This document shows positions 1 through 8,100 of a stretch of DNA of 32,000 nucleotides, piece after piece. Position numbers and translations under genes: made by a program. Under the pieces are notes generated by a model. That model searched no databases. It was not told the DNA's origin and worked only from the letters and a program-made list of their open reading frames with translations. Origin of the DNA: Ignicoccus pacificus DSM 13166 (GTDB lineage Archaea > Thermoproteota > Thermoprotei_A > Sulfolobales > Ignicoccaceae); NCBI GenBank assembly GCA_025340205.1, contig CP006868.1:390001-422000 (forward strand). Direction: 5' to 3'. Numbering within the stretch: the first letter of the stretch is position 1; every line of letters begins with the position of its first letter.

Positions 1-650
1 AAAGCTCCTCCCTCTTGGAGCCGAGGACACCAAGTCCTTGGAGGAGGCTGGAGTTAATAGAGAGGCTCAGGGAGCACGGAGTTCCAGTGGTCGCTAGGGT
101 TCAGCCCTTGATTCCCGGCCTCGAGGAGGAGCAAGTCAGGGTCGCTAGGGAAGCCTTGGAGAGGGGGGCGTTGGGGATAATCACCGAAAGCTTGAGGGAA
201 AGTGAGGAAGGAATAAACATAATCTACAAGGTGTTAGGAGTAAAGAGGAGCGGGAAGTGGGAGCCCTACGATATTAAGGGAAGACTGATACATCCGTCTC
301 TAAGATGGAGGCTTGAAAGGCACTTCGCCTTCAAGTCCTTAGCTAGGTCGTATGGTAAAGAGCACGCCGACTGCAAGGACGTCTGCGAGTTCAGGGGAGA
401 GTTGAAGGACTGTTGCTTAACCCACCTAGCCTTCGAGTCCACCAAGAGGCCCACCCTCCGAGACTTGTTAGCTCTAGGAAGGGAAAGAGCTTGTGAGAAG
501 TACCTCTGCGGAGATAGGTTGAGGGAGCTCGGGAAGCTGGCTAGGCCCTTCAGAATGCATGAGAAGTTGCTTCTTAGGGCCTTCGAGAAAAGGAAGGAGT
601 TGTGTCCCTTAGCCTACGCTGAAAGTTCCGTGCGAGGTCTCAACGACTAA
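1..650 (+). CDS. radical SAM-family protein, C-terminal part (SplB/COG1533-like class); 5' end outside window
   Basis: The frame is open to base 1; the track starts it at an internal TTG at 15. The segment VVARVQPLIPGLEEEQVRVAREALERGA resembles the PiiPGl..e...il..a..aGa strand-helix unit of SplB-like radical SAM barrels, and the tail is Cys-rich. Family recalled from pattern only. Confidence 0.45.
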   Translation, partial: SSSLLEPRTPSPWRRLELIERLREHGVPVVARVQPLIPGLEEEQVRVAREALERGALGIITESLRESEEGINIIYKVLGVKRSGKWEPYDIKGRLIHPSLRWRLERHFAFKSLARSYGKEHADCKDVCEFRGELKDCCLTHLAFESTKRPTLRDLLALGRERACEKYLCGDRLRELGKLARPFRMHEKLLLRAFEKRKELCPLAYAESSVRGLND

Positions 651-1118
651 CTTAACTCCCTTTACCTCGTTCCACGGATTTAAGCAGATGTCACCCTTCT
701 TGAGGGATGGATACTGCTTTAGCATCGAGGTAAGTATGTTATTGAGTGTGCTTTTGAAGATGCCGGAGAAGGCGTTCTCTATAGTGGAGTCCTTCAGTTT
801 AGTCAAGGGAACCTTTCTAGATAAGACCCCTAGGACGTCGCTAACTACCACCTTCGGCAGCTTGCAGCCGTTCGTGTACAAGATGAGCGTCACGTTGCTC
901 TTGAGAAATTGCTGAGGGGAGGGAGCGGTGGAGGGGGAGAGAAGCCAAGTCATTTGAAAGTGATACTCAAAGGTGGAGTAGTTCGAGGTAGAGGCCGAAG
1001 TATAAGCCATTACCAAGGTTACTAGAAGTACTACGAAAACAGCTATCAAATGAGTTATTTTAAAGGGAGAACGTTTCTCCTTCTCTTTCATAAATACCTC
1101 CATCTCTTTTGTTGACAA
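609..1118 (-). CDS. hypothetical N-terminally membrane-anchored protein
   Basis: 169-aa ORF with one hydrophobic helix (ITHLIAVFVVLLVTLVMAY) after a Lys/Glu-rich N-terminus. It is convergent with the previous gene and overlaps it by 42 nt. No family recognised. Confidence 0.4.
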   Translation of the reverse strand: MSTKEMEVFMKEKEKRSPFKITHLIAVFVVLLVTLVMAYTSASTSNYSTFEYHFQMTWLLSPSTAPSPQQFLKSNVTLILYTNGCKLPKVVVSDVLGVLSRKVPLTKLKDSTIENAFSGIFKSTLNNILTSMLKQYPSLKKGDICLNPWNEVKGVKLVVETSHGTFSVG

Positions 1119-1254
1119 AATTTATTTTCTCTCCTCCTTTCTATATAATTCGATTGACTAATAAAGAAAGAGAGGAATTCCTCATGTCTATTCGGTCAAC
1201 TTAGAGATCCATAATAAAGAATGCGCGTTGACCGTTGTAATTTTTTAGTAAAAA

Positions 1255-1264
1255 CTTTTTATCC
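1255..1264 (+). promoter_or_regulatory. TATA-like box upstream of tRNA-Ser
   Basis: CTTTTTATCC lies 22-31 nt upstream of the mature tRNA 5' end at 1286. This is the usual archaeal TATA-to-start spacing. Confidence 0.4.
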
Positions 1265-1285
1265 TTCGTTCAGAACCCCTTCCAT

Positions 1286-1374
1286 GCCGGGGTGCCCGAG
1301 CGGCCCAAGGGGGTGGCCTGGAGAGCCACTCCCCCTAACGGGGGGCGCGGGTTCGAATCCCGCCCCCGGCGCCA
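1286..1374 (+). tRNA. tRNA-Ser (anticodon GGA), class II with long variable arm, CCA encoded
   Basis: Acceptor GCCGGGG pairs with CCCCGGC. The anticodon stem is GTGGC/GCCAC with loop CTGGAGA, giving anticodon GGA. The variable arm is CCCCC-TAAC-GGGGG. The T arm is GCGGG-TTCGAAT-CCCGC, followed by discriminator G and CCA. Confidence 0.9.
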
Positions 1375-1511
1375 TGCTCCTTTTTACCTTTAGGGTGTCG
1401 TCTCTACATGCAACAGACCCAGAGATGAGAAACTGTGATTTCCGTCCCAAGTCTCCTCGTTCTAAAATCCCCAATCTCCATAGGGTAAAGTTAAACTATA
1501 TTCTGTAGCTT

Positions 1512-2597
1512 ATGAAGTACATAGGGTATGATAACATTACTAGATTCTCTATTTTGAAAAGTGAAATGAACGGAGGGGTAAGAACCTACGTATTCATGGA
1601 GGTCAGAAGCGGAACACTCTCGTTAAGCGTACCACAACTCCCCTTTGGGAAACTGAAGTTATCTAAGATTGAGCATGATTTGGACATAATACTCGACGAT
1701 AAAGCAAATGACCCTCTTGGGAAGCTCAGGGGTGTGTTATGGCTAAACAATAAAGTACAAGCAATCGCAGTAACCAAGGGACTCTACGGAATTTCGTCAA
1801 CTTGCTCCCACGTCTTCGATTCTTCTCTAGGTCTGATTGAGAAAAAGTGTTCATTCATAAAGGCCCTTGATGTTTCATCATATAATAGTAGGATTGTCTT
1901 TACTGTTCTTTCAGATAACAATAGTCTTTACTTATTCGATTCAAATCTGAATAGATGGTTTCGAATAAGTGCAGCCCACCCTCCTCGTGGTGTTACACTT
2001 TTTCGAAGAGGAATACTCGTGGGATATCGAAATCTAGAATACATTGCTCTAGACGAGATCGGAGGTAGCATAAGAGGTTTAACAAAATACTCTATCTTTA
2101 TGAAGAAAATAGAGAAGGGTCCTGCTATTTGTGAGAATTTAGTTTACGTAGCTAGACACGAATGGCCTTCAGATAACGAGGGAACTCTTAGTTTGGTTGA
2201 CATAGACACCTACAAATTAAAGGAAGTAAAGTCTTTCACCTTTAGCGAGGCTCTTTGGGATGTAAAGGTATGCAAAGATATCATAGCATTAGGTGGGGCG
2301 CGTCACGTATACCTTCTTGAACTTAGTAAATCTTACGAGTTAAAAGAAATTATAGATCCTATTGAATTAATTGGCACCTCATTCCCTAGGGATTATGGGG
2401 CCTACAGCATTTCTTTTAGTCCTGATTGTAAATATCTGGCAAGTACTAACTATGAGGGCATGGAATTATTAATTATAAATTTGGATACTTCAGAGGTATT
2501 CAAATATGAGTTGAGTGACAACGTCGTTGCTGTCTCTTGGGAATCAGAGTTAGTTGTTGGGCTTAGGGGAGGTATGGTATACATCTTCTCTAGTTAG
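1512..2597 (+). CDS. WD40-like beta-propeller repeat protein (hypothetical)
   Basis: 361-aa ORF that is beta-rich throughout. The C-terminal blades look like WD40/PQQ-type repeats (YSISFSPDCKYLASTNYEGMELLIINLDTSEV; VVAVSWESELVVGLRGGMVYIF). Confidence 0.55.
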   Translation: MKYIGYDNITRFSILKSEMNGGVRTYVFMEVRSGTLSLSVPQLPFGKLKLSKIEHDLDIILDDKANDPLGKLRGVLWLNNKVQAIAVTKGLYGISSTCSHVFDSSLGLIEKKCSFIKALDVSSYNSRIVFTVLSDNNSLYLFDSNLNRWFRISAAHPPRGVTLFRRGILVGYRNLEYIALDEIGGSIRGLTKYSIFMKKIEKGPAICENLVYVARHEWPSDNEGTLSLVDIDTYKLKEVKSFTFSEALWDVKVCKDIIALGGARHVYLLELSKSYELKEIIDPIELIGTSFPRDYGAYSISFSPDCKYLASTNYEGMELLIINLDTSEVFKYELSDNVVAVSWESELVVGLRGGMVYIFSS

Positions 2598-2640
2598 GAC
2601 AATTAGGGTGTAGCAAAAATAACTCCGTGTAGTACCAGAG

Positions 2641-3705
2641 ATGTTTGGGGATGGAACAATTAAATGTAACTTGTTAGAATGGGCCTATCGTCTTGAGCAA
2701 ATAGATAGTGAAATAAAAAGAGGTATGCTTGACCCCGCCGCTTACGAAGCAGAGATCAAGAAAATGTATAGTGTTAAATACGATGATTGCAAGCCTTCGA
2801 TAAAGGTTGTCCTCAGCGAGGACTTAGGGTCTCTAAAATTAATTTATGACGATAAATACGTCGAAATAGATATAAGCAAGTTCCCGCTTCTCTATCCGTG
2901 TAACTGTATGGTCCACAAGCTACTACCAGATTTCATAAAAAAAGAAATAGTCCGGCTTCCTTGTCCGTTACATTCAAAAATCGGTGATGATAGAATAGAA
3001 AGAGCGTTCTCAGAGCTCGCCGAAATAGAATTCATTGTGCCAGTTTATTGGAGCTCTCTAGAGAGCCTATGGCCTCCTGCCATAGACAGCCTAATCTTGG
3101 CGAAGATAATTAAAGAAAGATATAGCTCTGAGAAAATAGAATCTGTCCTTGACATGGGTTCGGGAACAGGGTACTTAGGTATAGTCTTCAGTAGCGTGAA
3201 TAAAAGTGTGAAGGAAGTTACCTTTGTTGACATACTATATGCACCATTACTTTTCTCGATAGTAAATGCAAGAAGAGTCAAAGAGATGGAGTTAACCAAA
3301 GCTAACTTTAGAGCGATAATAAGTAACGGATTTAAAAAAGTTAAAGGAACCTATGATATTATTGTAAGCATACCACCATACATACCATTCTCGAAGGCCT
3401 CGTTGCCCTCTGCCGCGTTTGGCACATCGCTGCTCAAAGACTTAACAGAAAACTTCAGCAAGTATTCAAGTAAATTGCTAATGGTGATTTCAAGTGTTTC
3501 TTTCGATGTCTTTAATGAGGCTCTAAGCCATTCAGGCGCTAGGTATAAAAAAGTGGCAGAATACGAGGTACCCTTCAGAGTAGGGCCCATTTTGGGCGAC
3601 CCTGAATACTTAAAGCATGCGATTGAGGAAGGTAAGCTCTATTTGAAGAAGGATAATCCTTTCCCCCTTTGGCACAAGATATATGTCTTAGAACTCTCTG
3701 TATGA
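2641..3705 (+). CDS. class I SAM-dependent methyltransferase, HemK/Mtq2-like, with about 150-aa N-terminal extension
   Basis: Motif I is VLDMGSGTGYLG. The motif IV position reads DIIVSIPPYIP, where the family normally has (N/D)PPY. A pre-motif segment PPAIDSLILAKII resembles the EDS.LL element of Mtq2-type enzymes. It lies 43 nt downstream of the propeller gene on the same strand. Confidence 0.7.
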   Translation: MFGDGTIKCNLLEWAYRLEQIDSEIKRGMLDPAAYEAEIKKMYSVKYDDCKPSIKVVLSEDLGSLKLIYDDKYVEIDISKFPLLYPCNCMVHKLLPDFIKKEIVRLPCPLHSKIGDDRIERAFSELAEIEFIVPVYWSSLESLWPPAIDSLILAKIIKERYSSEKIESVLDMGSGTGYLGIVFSSVNKSVKEVTFVDILYAPLLFSIVNARRVKEMELTKANFRAIISNGFKKVKGTYDIIVSIPPYIPFSKASLPSAAFGTSLLKDLTENFSKYSSKLLMVISSVSFDVFNEALSHSGARYKKVAEYEVPFRVGPILGDPEYLKHAIEEGKLYLKKDNPFPLWHKIYVLELSV

Positions 3706-3714
3706 TACCAACAA

Positions 3715-4131
3715 CTAGCTCTGGCTTACTACTCTTATTGTGCTTTGTACTTTTCTTCTAACTCCCTCCACCTTATCGAACTCCTTATCCTCGCTCACAA
3801 TAATTTCTATTCCTTCTTCCATCATCAAGCCTACGTGTAAGGCATCGGAGGGCTTCAAGTTGTACTTGAGCATGAGATCCCTAGCCCTTTTCCAAGAACC
3901 TTCACCTAGTTGGAGCACGTTCACGAAGGGCAGTATCAAGTTATCTATGAAATCCAAGGAAATGCTATAGGGTACTGAGTACTTCCTCTTGGAGACCCAG
4001 ACTAACTCATCCAGCACTAGGACGTCCGTTACCAATGAGTAATCTGAAACGAGCTCCTCATAGCACCTTTCGTGCTCGTCCGATCCTAGTAGGACATATA
4101 CGAATAAGTTCGTATCGATAAATATTCTCAT
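3715..4131 (-). CDS. vapC: PIN-domain toxin VapC
   Basis: Starts MRIFIDTNLFVY, carrying the first PIN acidic residue. Later acidic motifs are VLDELV and SDALHV, with IVSEDKEF near the C-terminus. There is a 4-nt ATGA overlap with the upstream antitoxin gene. Confidence 0.85.
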   Translation of the reverse strand: MRIFIDTNLFVYVLLGSDEHERCYEELVSDYSLVTDVLVLDELVWVSKRKYSVPYSISLDFIDNLILPFVNVLQLGEGSWKRARDLMLKYNLKPSDALHVGLMMEEGIEIIVSEDKEFDKVEGVRRKVQSTIRVVSQS

Positions 4132-4382
4132 TCGAACTCTTCCTCCAAGTAGCCCTCATACTTTTCTATTTTCCTTATCTCTTTCAGCTTCTTCTTGTGT
4201 TCCTCATATCTCCTCCTCAGCTCCTTTACGTCAACCTTTTTGATGGGCTTTAGTACTATTCCATCCCTTATCTCCACGACCAACTTGTCGCCTTCAGATA
4301 TGTTGAGGGCTTCCCTCACGCTCTTTGGAAGTATTATGTAGCCCTTCTTGCCCACCTTAACGGTGAGCGGCAACCGCTCCAC
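4128..4382 (-). CDS. vapB: AbrB/SpoVT-type antitoxin VapB
   Basis: The segment VKVGKKGYIILPKSVREALNISEGDKLVVEIRDGIVLKP is a typical swapped-hairpin AbrB domain. GTG start. Translationally coupled to vapC. Confidence 0.85.
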   Translation of the reverse strand: MERLPLTVKVGKKGYIILPKSVREALNISEGDKLVVEIRDGIVLKPIKKVDVKELRRRYEEHKKKLKEIRKIEKYEGYLEEEFE

Positions 4383-4451
4383 CTCTAGCTAAACCGGTTT
4401 GACCGTTAAAAGGCTCCCCAGTTTTAGACTTCCCTAACTTTCCGAGCGGGG

Positions 4452-5447
4452 ATGAAGATGAGGACTTCGCCGACCTCCCTGACTATAATAGTGTCGATGG
4501 TTTTGATTCCAGTAGCGTTCAGCTTTCCCTTGCTGAGGCTTACATACTTGCATATGGAAATTATGCTTATAATTTTGTTTATTTTCGTGCATTCGGTAGC
4601 TGTGGCATACGTCTCCGGAGTAAGTAAGATGAGGAGGCTAGATTGGGCCTCGCCGCTAGCTTTGTTGGGTCTCTTGAACCAAAGGCTCTTAGTAATTCCC
4701 TCAATCATAATGATTCTCTCCTCCCTTATCGGAGCTAAGAGGAACAAAGACAGCATGAGGCTAAGCTTGATAGGCATATCGATATCTTACATATACGCGA
4801 TTTACTGGTCCCTCTACGAGGGAGACCTAATTTCGAAGGCGTTAGTAGGCTTAGCTTTCCCGCTTTCTATGATATTTGCAATTTCCATGCACTCCCTTCC
4901 TAGAACTTTTCGTTCCAAACCCCATCCGATAGCTCTCCTCTCCGTTCCCTTACTCGCCTTAGGCCTCTTTGATTACAGATTTTACTTGATGTCATTGATT
5001 CCCTACCTCATAGGCTCCAAGTACTTCGAGCTTCCTAGGTACTGCAAGTTGAGCAAGGAAATAGGAGGAATTGCTGGCAAGGGCCTCTTTTACTACTGCT
5101 GCGGTCACGCCTTCTCAGTCATTGCGTTAATCTTTCCATTGATCTTCTACTCTACTCCCCTCACCTTCCTCCACACCATGCTCTTGGGATTCGTAAGCAT
5201 TCACGTGTTCATTCACTTGCCCACGATGATCCCTCCAATACTCGGAATCAAAAACGCTAGAAGGTACAACTACTTCCCTTATGTTCTCACAATCCTAGCC
5301 TCTGCTCTTTGGCCTTTCTTCAAGGACCTCTCTTGGCTCCTCTACTTCTCAGCCTTAATTGCAGTAGCCTTGGTCTTTTTGCCCTTGAACCTCCCTAAGA
5401 GGGGTACGAAGAGCGCTAGGAGGGCTGGAGCTGGAATCTTAGCGTAA
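4452..5447 (+). CDS. polytopic integral membrane protein (about 8 TM), family uncertain; weak archaeosortase/exosortase-like motifs
   Basis: 331-aa ORF, hydrophobic throughout. A CCG motif sits at the start of a helix (YYCCGHAFSVIALIF), and PPILGIKNARR follows about 50 aa later. The start codon is uncertain. The 3' end overlaps the convergent gene by 106 nt. Confidence 0.55.
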   Translation: MKMRTSPTSLTIIVSMVLIPVAFSFPLLRLTYLHMEIMLIILFIFVHSVAVAYVSGVSKMRRLDWASPLALLGLLNQRLLVIPSIIMILSSLIGAKRNKDSMRLSLIGISISYIYAIYWSLYEGDLISKALVGLAFPLSMIFAISMHSLPRTFRSKPHPIALLSVPLLALGLFDYRFYLMSLIPYLIGSKYFELPRYCKLSKEIGGIAGKGLFYYCCGHAFSVIALIFPLIFYSTPLTFLHTMLLGFVSIHVFIHLPTMIPPILGIKNARRYNYFPYVLTILASALWPFFKDLSWLLYFSALIAVALVFLPLNLPKRGTKSARRAGAGILA

Positions 5448-5935
5448 GACGATATCACTTGCGTTAATGTGTTCGTTGTACTCGTAGTGGATGTTATAGT
5501 TGTGAAGATAGGGTTCAATATTAAGGTTACGGCAGCCTTTCCGAGTATCAAGTAATCGTAATTGTAGAACACGTTGGACCCCTCAGTCATTACGCCTCCC
5601 ACCTTGATATCATCCAATACAACGGTTCCGTAGAAGTAGTTGGTCTCCGTCACCAGAAGCTGAGCTTCCACCGAGTCATCGCAGTAGTACTCGTAGCCTT
5701 CATAGGTACAAGTCACCGTGGGGTCCGGGATGGTATAGGTGACGTAGTGGTCCGCCAAGTAAATAGAAGCTGATCCGCTCATGGTGTAAGTCCTTCCAGT
5801 TATGGTAAGGTAGACTGTATAGGTGTAATCCTCGCGGGCCCATAAGTCCCCTGCCGATACCTCCACAACGACCTTGGAGGCGTAGGCGAGGAGGAAGGTT
5901 GCTAGAAGAGCCAAGAGGACCCTTCTAATAAACAT
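5342..5935 (-). CDS. secreted surface protein with Thr/Ser linker and C-terminal TM anchor plus basic tail
   Basis: Sec-type signal MFIRRVLLALLATFLLAYA|S, then a Tyr/Thr-rich beta-type ectodomain. The linker is TTITSTTSTTNTLTQ. The C-terminus is IPAPALLALFVPLLGRF followed by KGKKTK. Confidence 0.65.
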   Translation of the reverse strand: MFIRRVLLALLATFLLAYASKVVVEVSAGDLWAREDYTYTVYLTITGRTYTMSGSASIYLADHYVTYTIPDPTVTCTYEGYEYYCDDSVEAQLLVTETNYFYGTVVLDDIKVGGVMTEGSNVFYNYDYLILGKAAVTLILNPIFTTITSTTSTTNTLTQVISSYAKIPAPALLALFVPLLGRFKGKKTKATAIKAEK

Positions 5936-6147
5936 CCCTAAGAGGAAATCTCTACAGAGCTAATATTCGTTAGGAAAACTTTGAAGATGAAAGAGGCGAG
6001 AAAGGCTTTAAATACAGGATAATTAGATAATTGAAAAACTTTACCTCATCCGTAAAGCCCTTTAAGAGTTCCTCGAGGCGTTTATGCTGAATTCGTCGCA
6101 TGAAGCCTTGACTCCCTCTCTTCTACTCCCCCTCCCTAGTGAATCGA

Positions 6148-6204
6148 GGCCTGTGAAGAGTCGGGCACGTCTGACCGGTGATGTGGGTCTTGAGTGCTGA
6201 GGCC
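6148..6204 (+). ncRNA. candidate box C/D sRNA (2'-O-methylation guide)
   Basis: Layout: GGCC-U-GUGAAGA(C)-11 nt-CUGA(D')-CCG-GUGAUGU(C')-12 nt-CUGA(D)-GGCC. The GGCC ends pair as a terminal stem and spacing is canonical. Each C-type box carries one mismatch to RUGAUGA. It lies in an ORF-free intergenic region. Confidence 0.5.
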
Positions 6205-6242
6205 CTTATTTAGCCTCCCCTAAATTCCGAGAGGGCAACGAA

Positions 6243-7263
6243 ATGAAGGCGATAGATGTTCTCTACAGGCTGGTAAAGGTCTACTCTCCTAGCGGAGACG
6301 AGGATGAGGTAGCGAACGCCCTAATGGAGTTGATAGAGGAGCTTACCGGAGGAACCGTTCAAGTTTGGAGGGACGAGGCCGGAAACGTGCTAGCGGCGCC
6401 TTCGAAGAAGGGAGAGTACAAGGTAGGCCTAATTTCCCACATGGACACCGTGCCGGGATACTGGGAGCCTAGGGTCGAGGGAAACGAGATCAGCGGAAGG
6501 GGGGCGGTAGACGCCAAGGGTCCCCTAACCTCAATGACCTTAGCCTTCTCTGAATTAGCGAAAGAGGAGGTCCCGGTCCTACTAGGCGCCATGGTAAGGG
6601 AGGAGACTGACAGCTTTGGAGCGAAGTACTTGAAGGAAAACGGACCTAAAATTAAATTCATAATAATTGGAGAGCCTTCCAATAACAATAACGTAATCAT
6701 AGCTTACAGAGGATATGCTTGGCTAAGGGTGAAGTGTAAGGCAAAGGGAGGCCACGCCTCCTCCCCGGAGGTGGGAGAAAGTGCTGTGGAGAAGCTCTGG
6801 GAGATATATCAAAGGGCGAAGGAGAAGCTGTCCCCTGCCACGGTCTCCTTGACTTCCATAGTTAGTCAGAACGCCTTCAACGTCCTCCCCACTGAGGTAG
6901 AAGCTAAGTTCGATATTAGGTATCCTGCCAAGGTAAGCTTGGATGACATCCTTAAAGCCTTTGAGCCCTGTGAGGTGGAGCTGGTAGATGGATTGCCTCC
7001 GGCCGAGGTAAAGCCCTCCTCCCCCGTCCCCGAGGTCCTTAGCTAGGTCCCTCATCAAGTTGGGTCACAAGCCGAGATACGCCAAGAAGAGGGGGAGCAG
7101 CGACATGAACGTTTTGGCCTCGATGAGCGAGAGCATTGCTGCCTATGGTCCCGGCAAGAGCGAGTTGAGTCATACTGAGATGGAGAGAATAAGCGAGGAG
7201 GAGCTTCAGCTGGCGAAGGAGGTTTACAAGGGAGCGGTGAGGGAGCTCCTTGAGAGGTACTAA
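6243..7263 (+). pseudogene. lysK: [LysW]-lysine/ornithine hydrolase / acetylornithine deacetylase type M20 peptidase (LysK/ArgE), split by a 1-nt frame change in a C-rich tract
   Basis: M20 motifs present: ISHMDTVPG, GRGAVDAKGP, VREETDSFGA. The frame stops at 7046. The family's C-terminus (..RSLARSLIKLGHKPRYAKKRGSSDMN..YGPG.SELSHTEMERI) continues in the +1 frame, which is open from 7012. The shift must lie within CCCTCCTCCCCCGTCCCC (7014-7031). Confidence 0.7.
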
Positions 7264-8047
7264 GGGATTCCTCTTCTCGATACTTTCCACGTTCACCGCC
7301 TCCTTAACCGCGGTAATAGCTAAAGCCTTGGTTTCCGACCTAAATCCGCTCCTCTTGAACGCTGTAATATACACGAGCGCCTTCCTCCTATCCTTCCCTT
7401 ACCTGTTCTTGAAGAATTCCAAACCTCGCTTTACTTCCAGAACCCTTCTCTCCGGAATATCTCTTTCACTTTATGGAGCATTACTCTACTACTCCTTCCT
7501 CACGATAAAGGCCAGCGTCGGAGGATTGGCGATATCCATCTTTCCCGTAATTACCTCAATTTTAGCTTCCTTGCTTTACAAGGAAAGGCTCGGGAGAAGG
7601 GAGATCATCGCCTTAGCTCTTTCCGCTAGCGCTATTGCCCTAGTCAGTTCCGTTAGTAATCCAGCCGGCGTTCTCCTAGCGCTTCTATCCTCCCTCTTCC
7701 TCTCGATCTACACTCTCCTTTTGAAAGATAGTTCCGTCGAGACGGTGTCTTCAGTTCTCTTAGGCTCATCTTTGGCTTCATGGATATTTGTAGTAATGTC
7801 CGGTGCTCCTCTCAACGCTTCCTCGTTGCTTGCCGTCCCCCTAGGAGCGCTCTCAATACTAGGAACCGCTTTGTGGATAGAAGCTGTAGAGGCCATAGGG
7901 CCATCGAGGGCCTCCTTGGGAGCTTTGAGCTATCCCTTCTTCGTTCTATCCCTAAGCATCCTGTTACTGAAGGAGAGCGTAGTGCTAAGCGAGATAATTG
8001 CCTATTCCTTGGCATTCCTCTCTCTGTTCTTGGTTTTACTGAGGTAG
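7250..8047 (+). CDS. EamA/DMT-family transporter
   Basis: 265 aa with about 8-10 TM helices and a two-halves EamA-like organisation. TTG start overlapping the end of the lysK C-terminal frame. Confidence 0.7.
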   Translation: MRGTKGFLFSILSTFTASLTAVIAKALVSDLNPLLLNAVIYTSAFLLSFPYLFLKNSKPRFTSRTLLSGISLSLYGALLYYSFLTIKASVGGLAISIFPVITSILASLLYKERLGRREIIALALSASAIALVSSVSNPAGVLLALLSSLFLSIYTLLLKDSSVETVSSVLLGSSLASWIFVVMSGAPLNASSLLAVPLGALSILGTALWIEAVEAIGPSRASLGALSYPFFVLSLSILLLKESVVLSEIIAYSLAFLSLFLVLLR

Positions 8048-8100
8048 TTTATGTCGCAAAGTTCACTTCCTTCTTTTTATACAAAACTTCGAGTTGATTA

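Larger units (their letters stand above)
1375..4451. other. compositionally atypical (AT-rich) island next to tRNA-Ser: beta-propeller protein, methyltransferase, VapBC
   Basis: Sampled 60-nt lines in 1512-3705 are about 33-38% GC, against about 50-55% in core genes such as hmgA. The island begins directly 3' of a tRNA gene and contains a toxin-antitoxin pair. No integrase was seen. Confidence 0.4.

Noticed and set aside
1228-4407. 9-nt direct repeat TTGACCGTT at 1228-1236 and 4399-4407, bracketing tRNA-Ser plus the AT-rich island (possible att sites)
   Set aside because: It is only 9 nt and was found post hoc. It brackets the whole tRNA rather than duplicating its 3' end. This is too weak to call an integration scar without comparative data.
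4424-4777. 117-aa minus-strand ORF opposite the start of the polytopic membrane protein
   Set aside because: It is antisense to a longer, coherent TM-protein ORF. The region downstream of vapB on that strand has no independent signal. It does, however, leave the true start of the + strand gene uncertain.
7039-7374. 111-aa minus-strand ORF across the lysK C-terminus and transporter start
   Set aside because: It is antisense to sequence with clear M20 C-terminal homology on the + strand.
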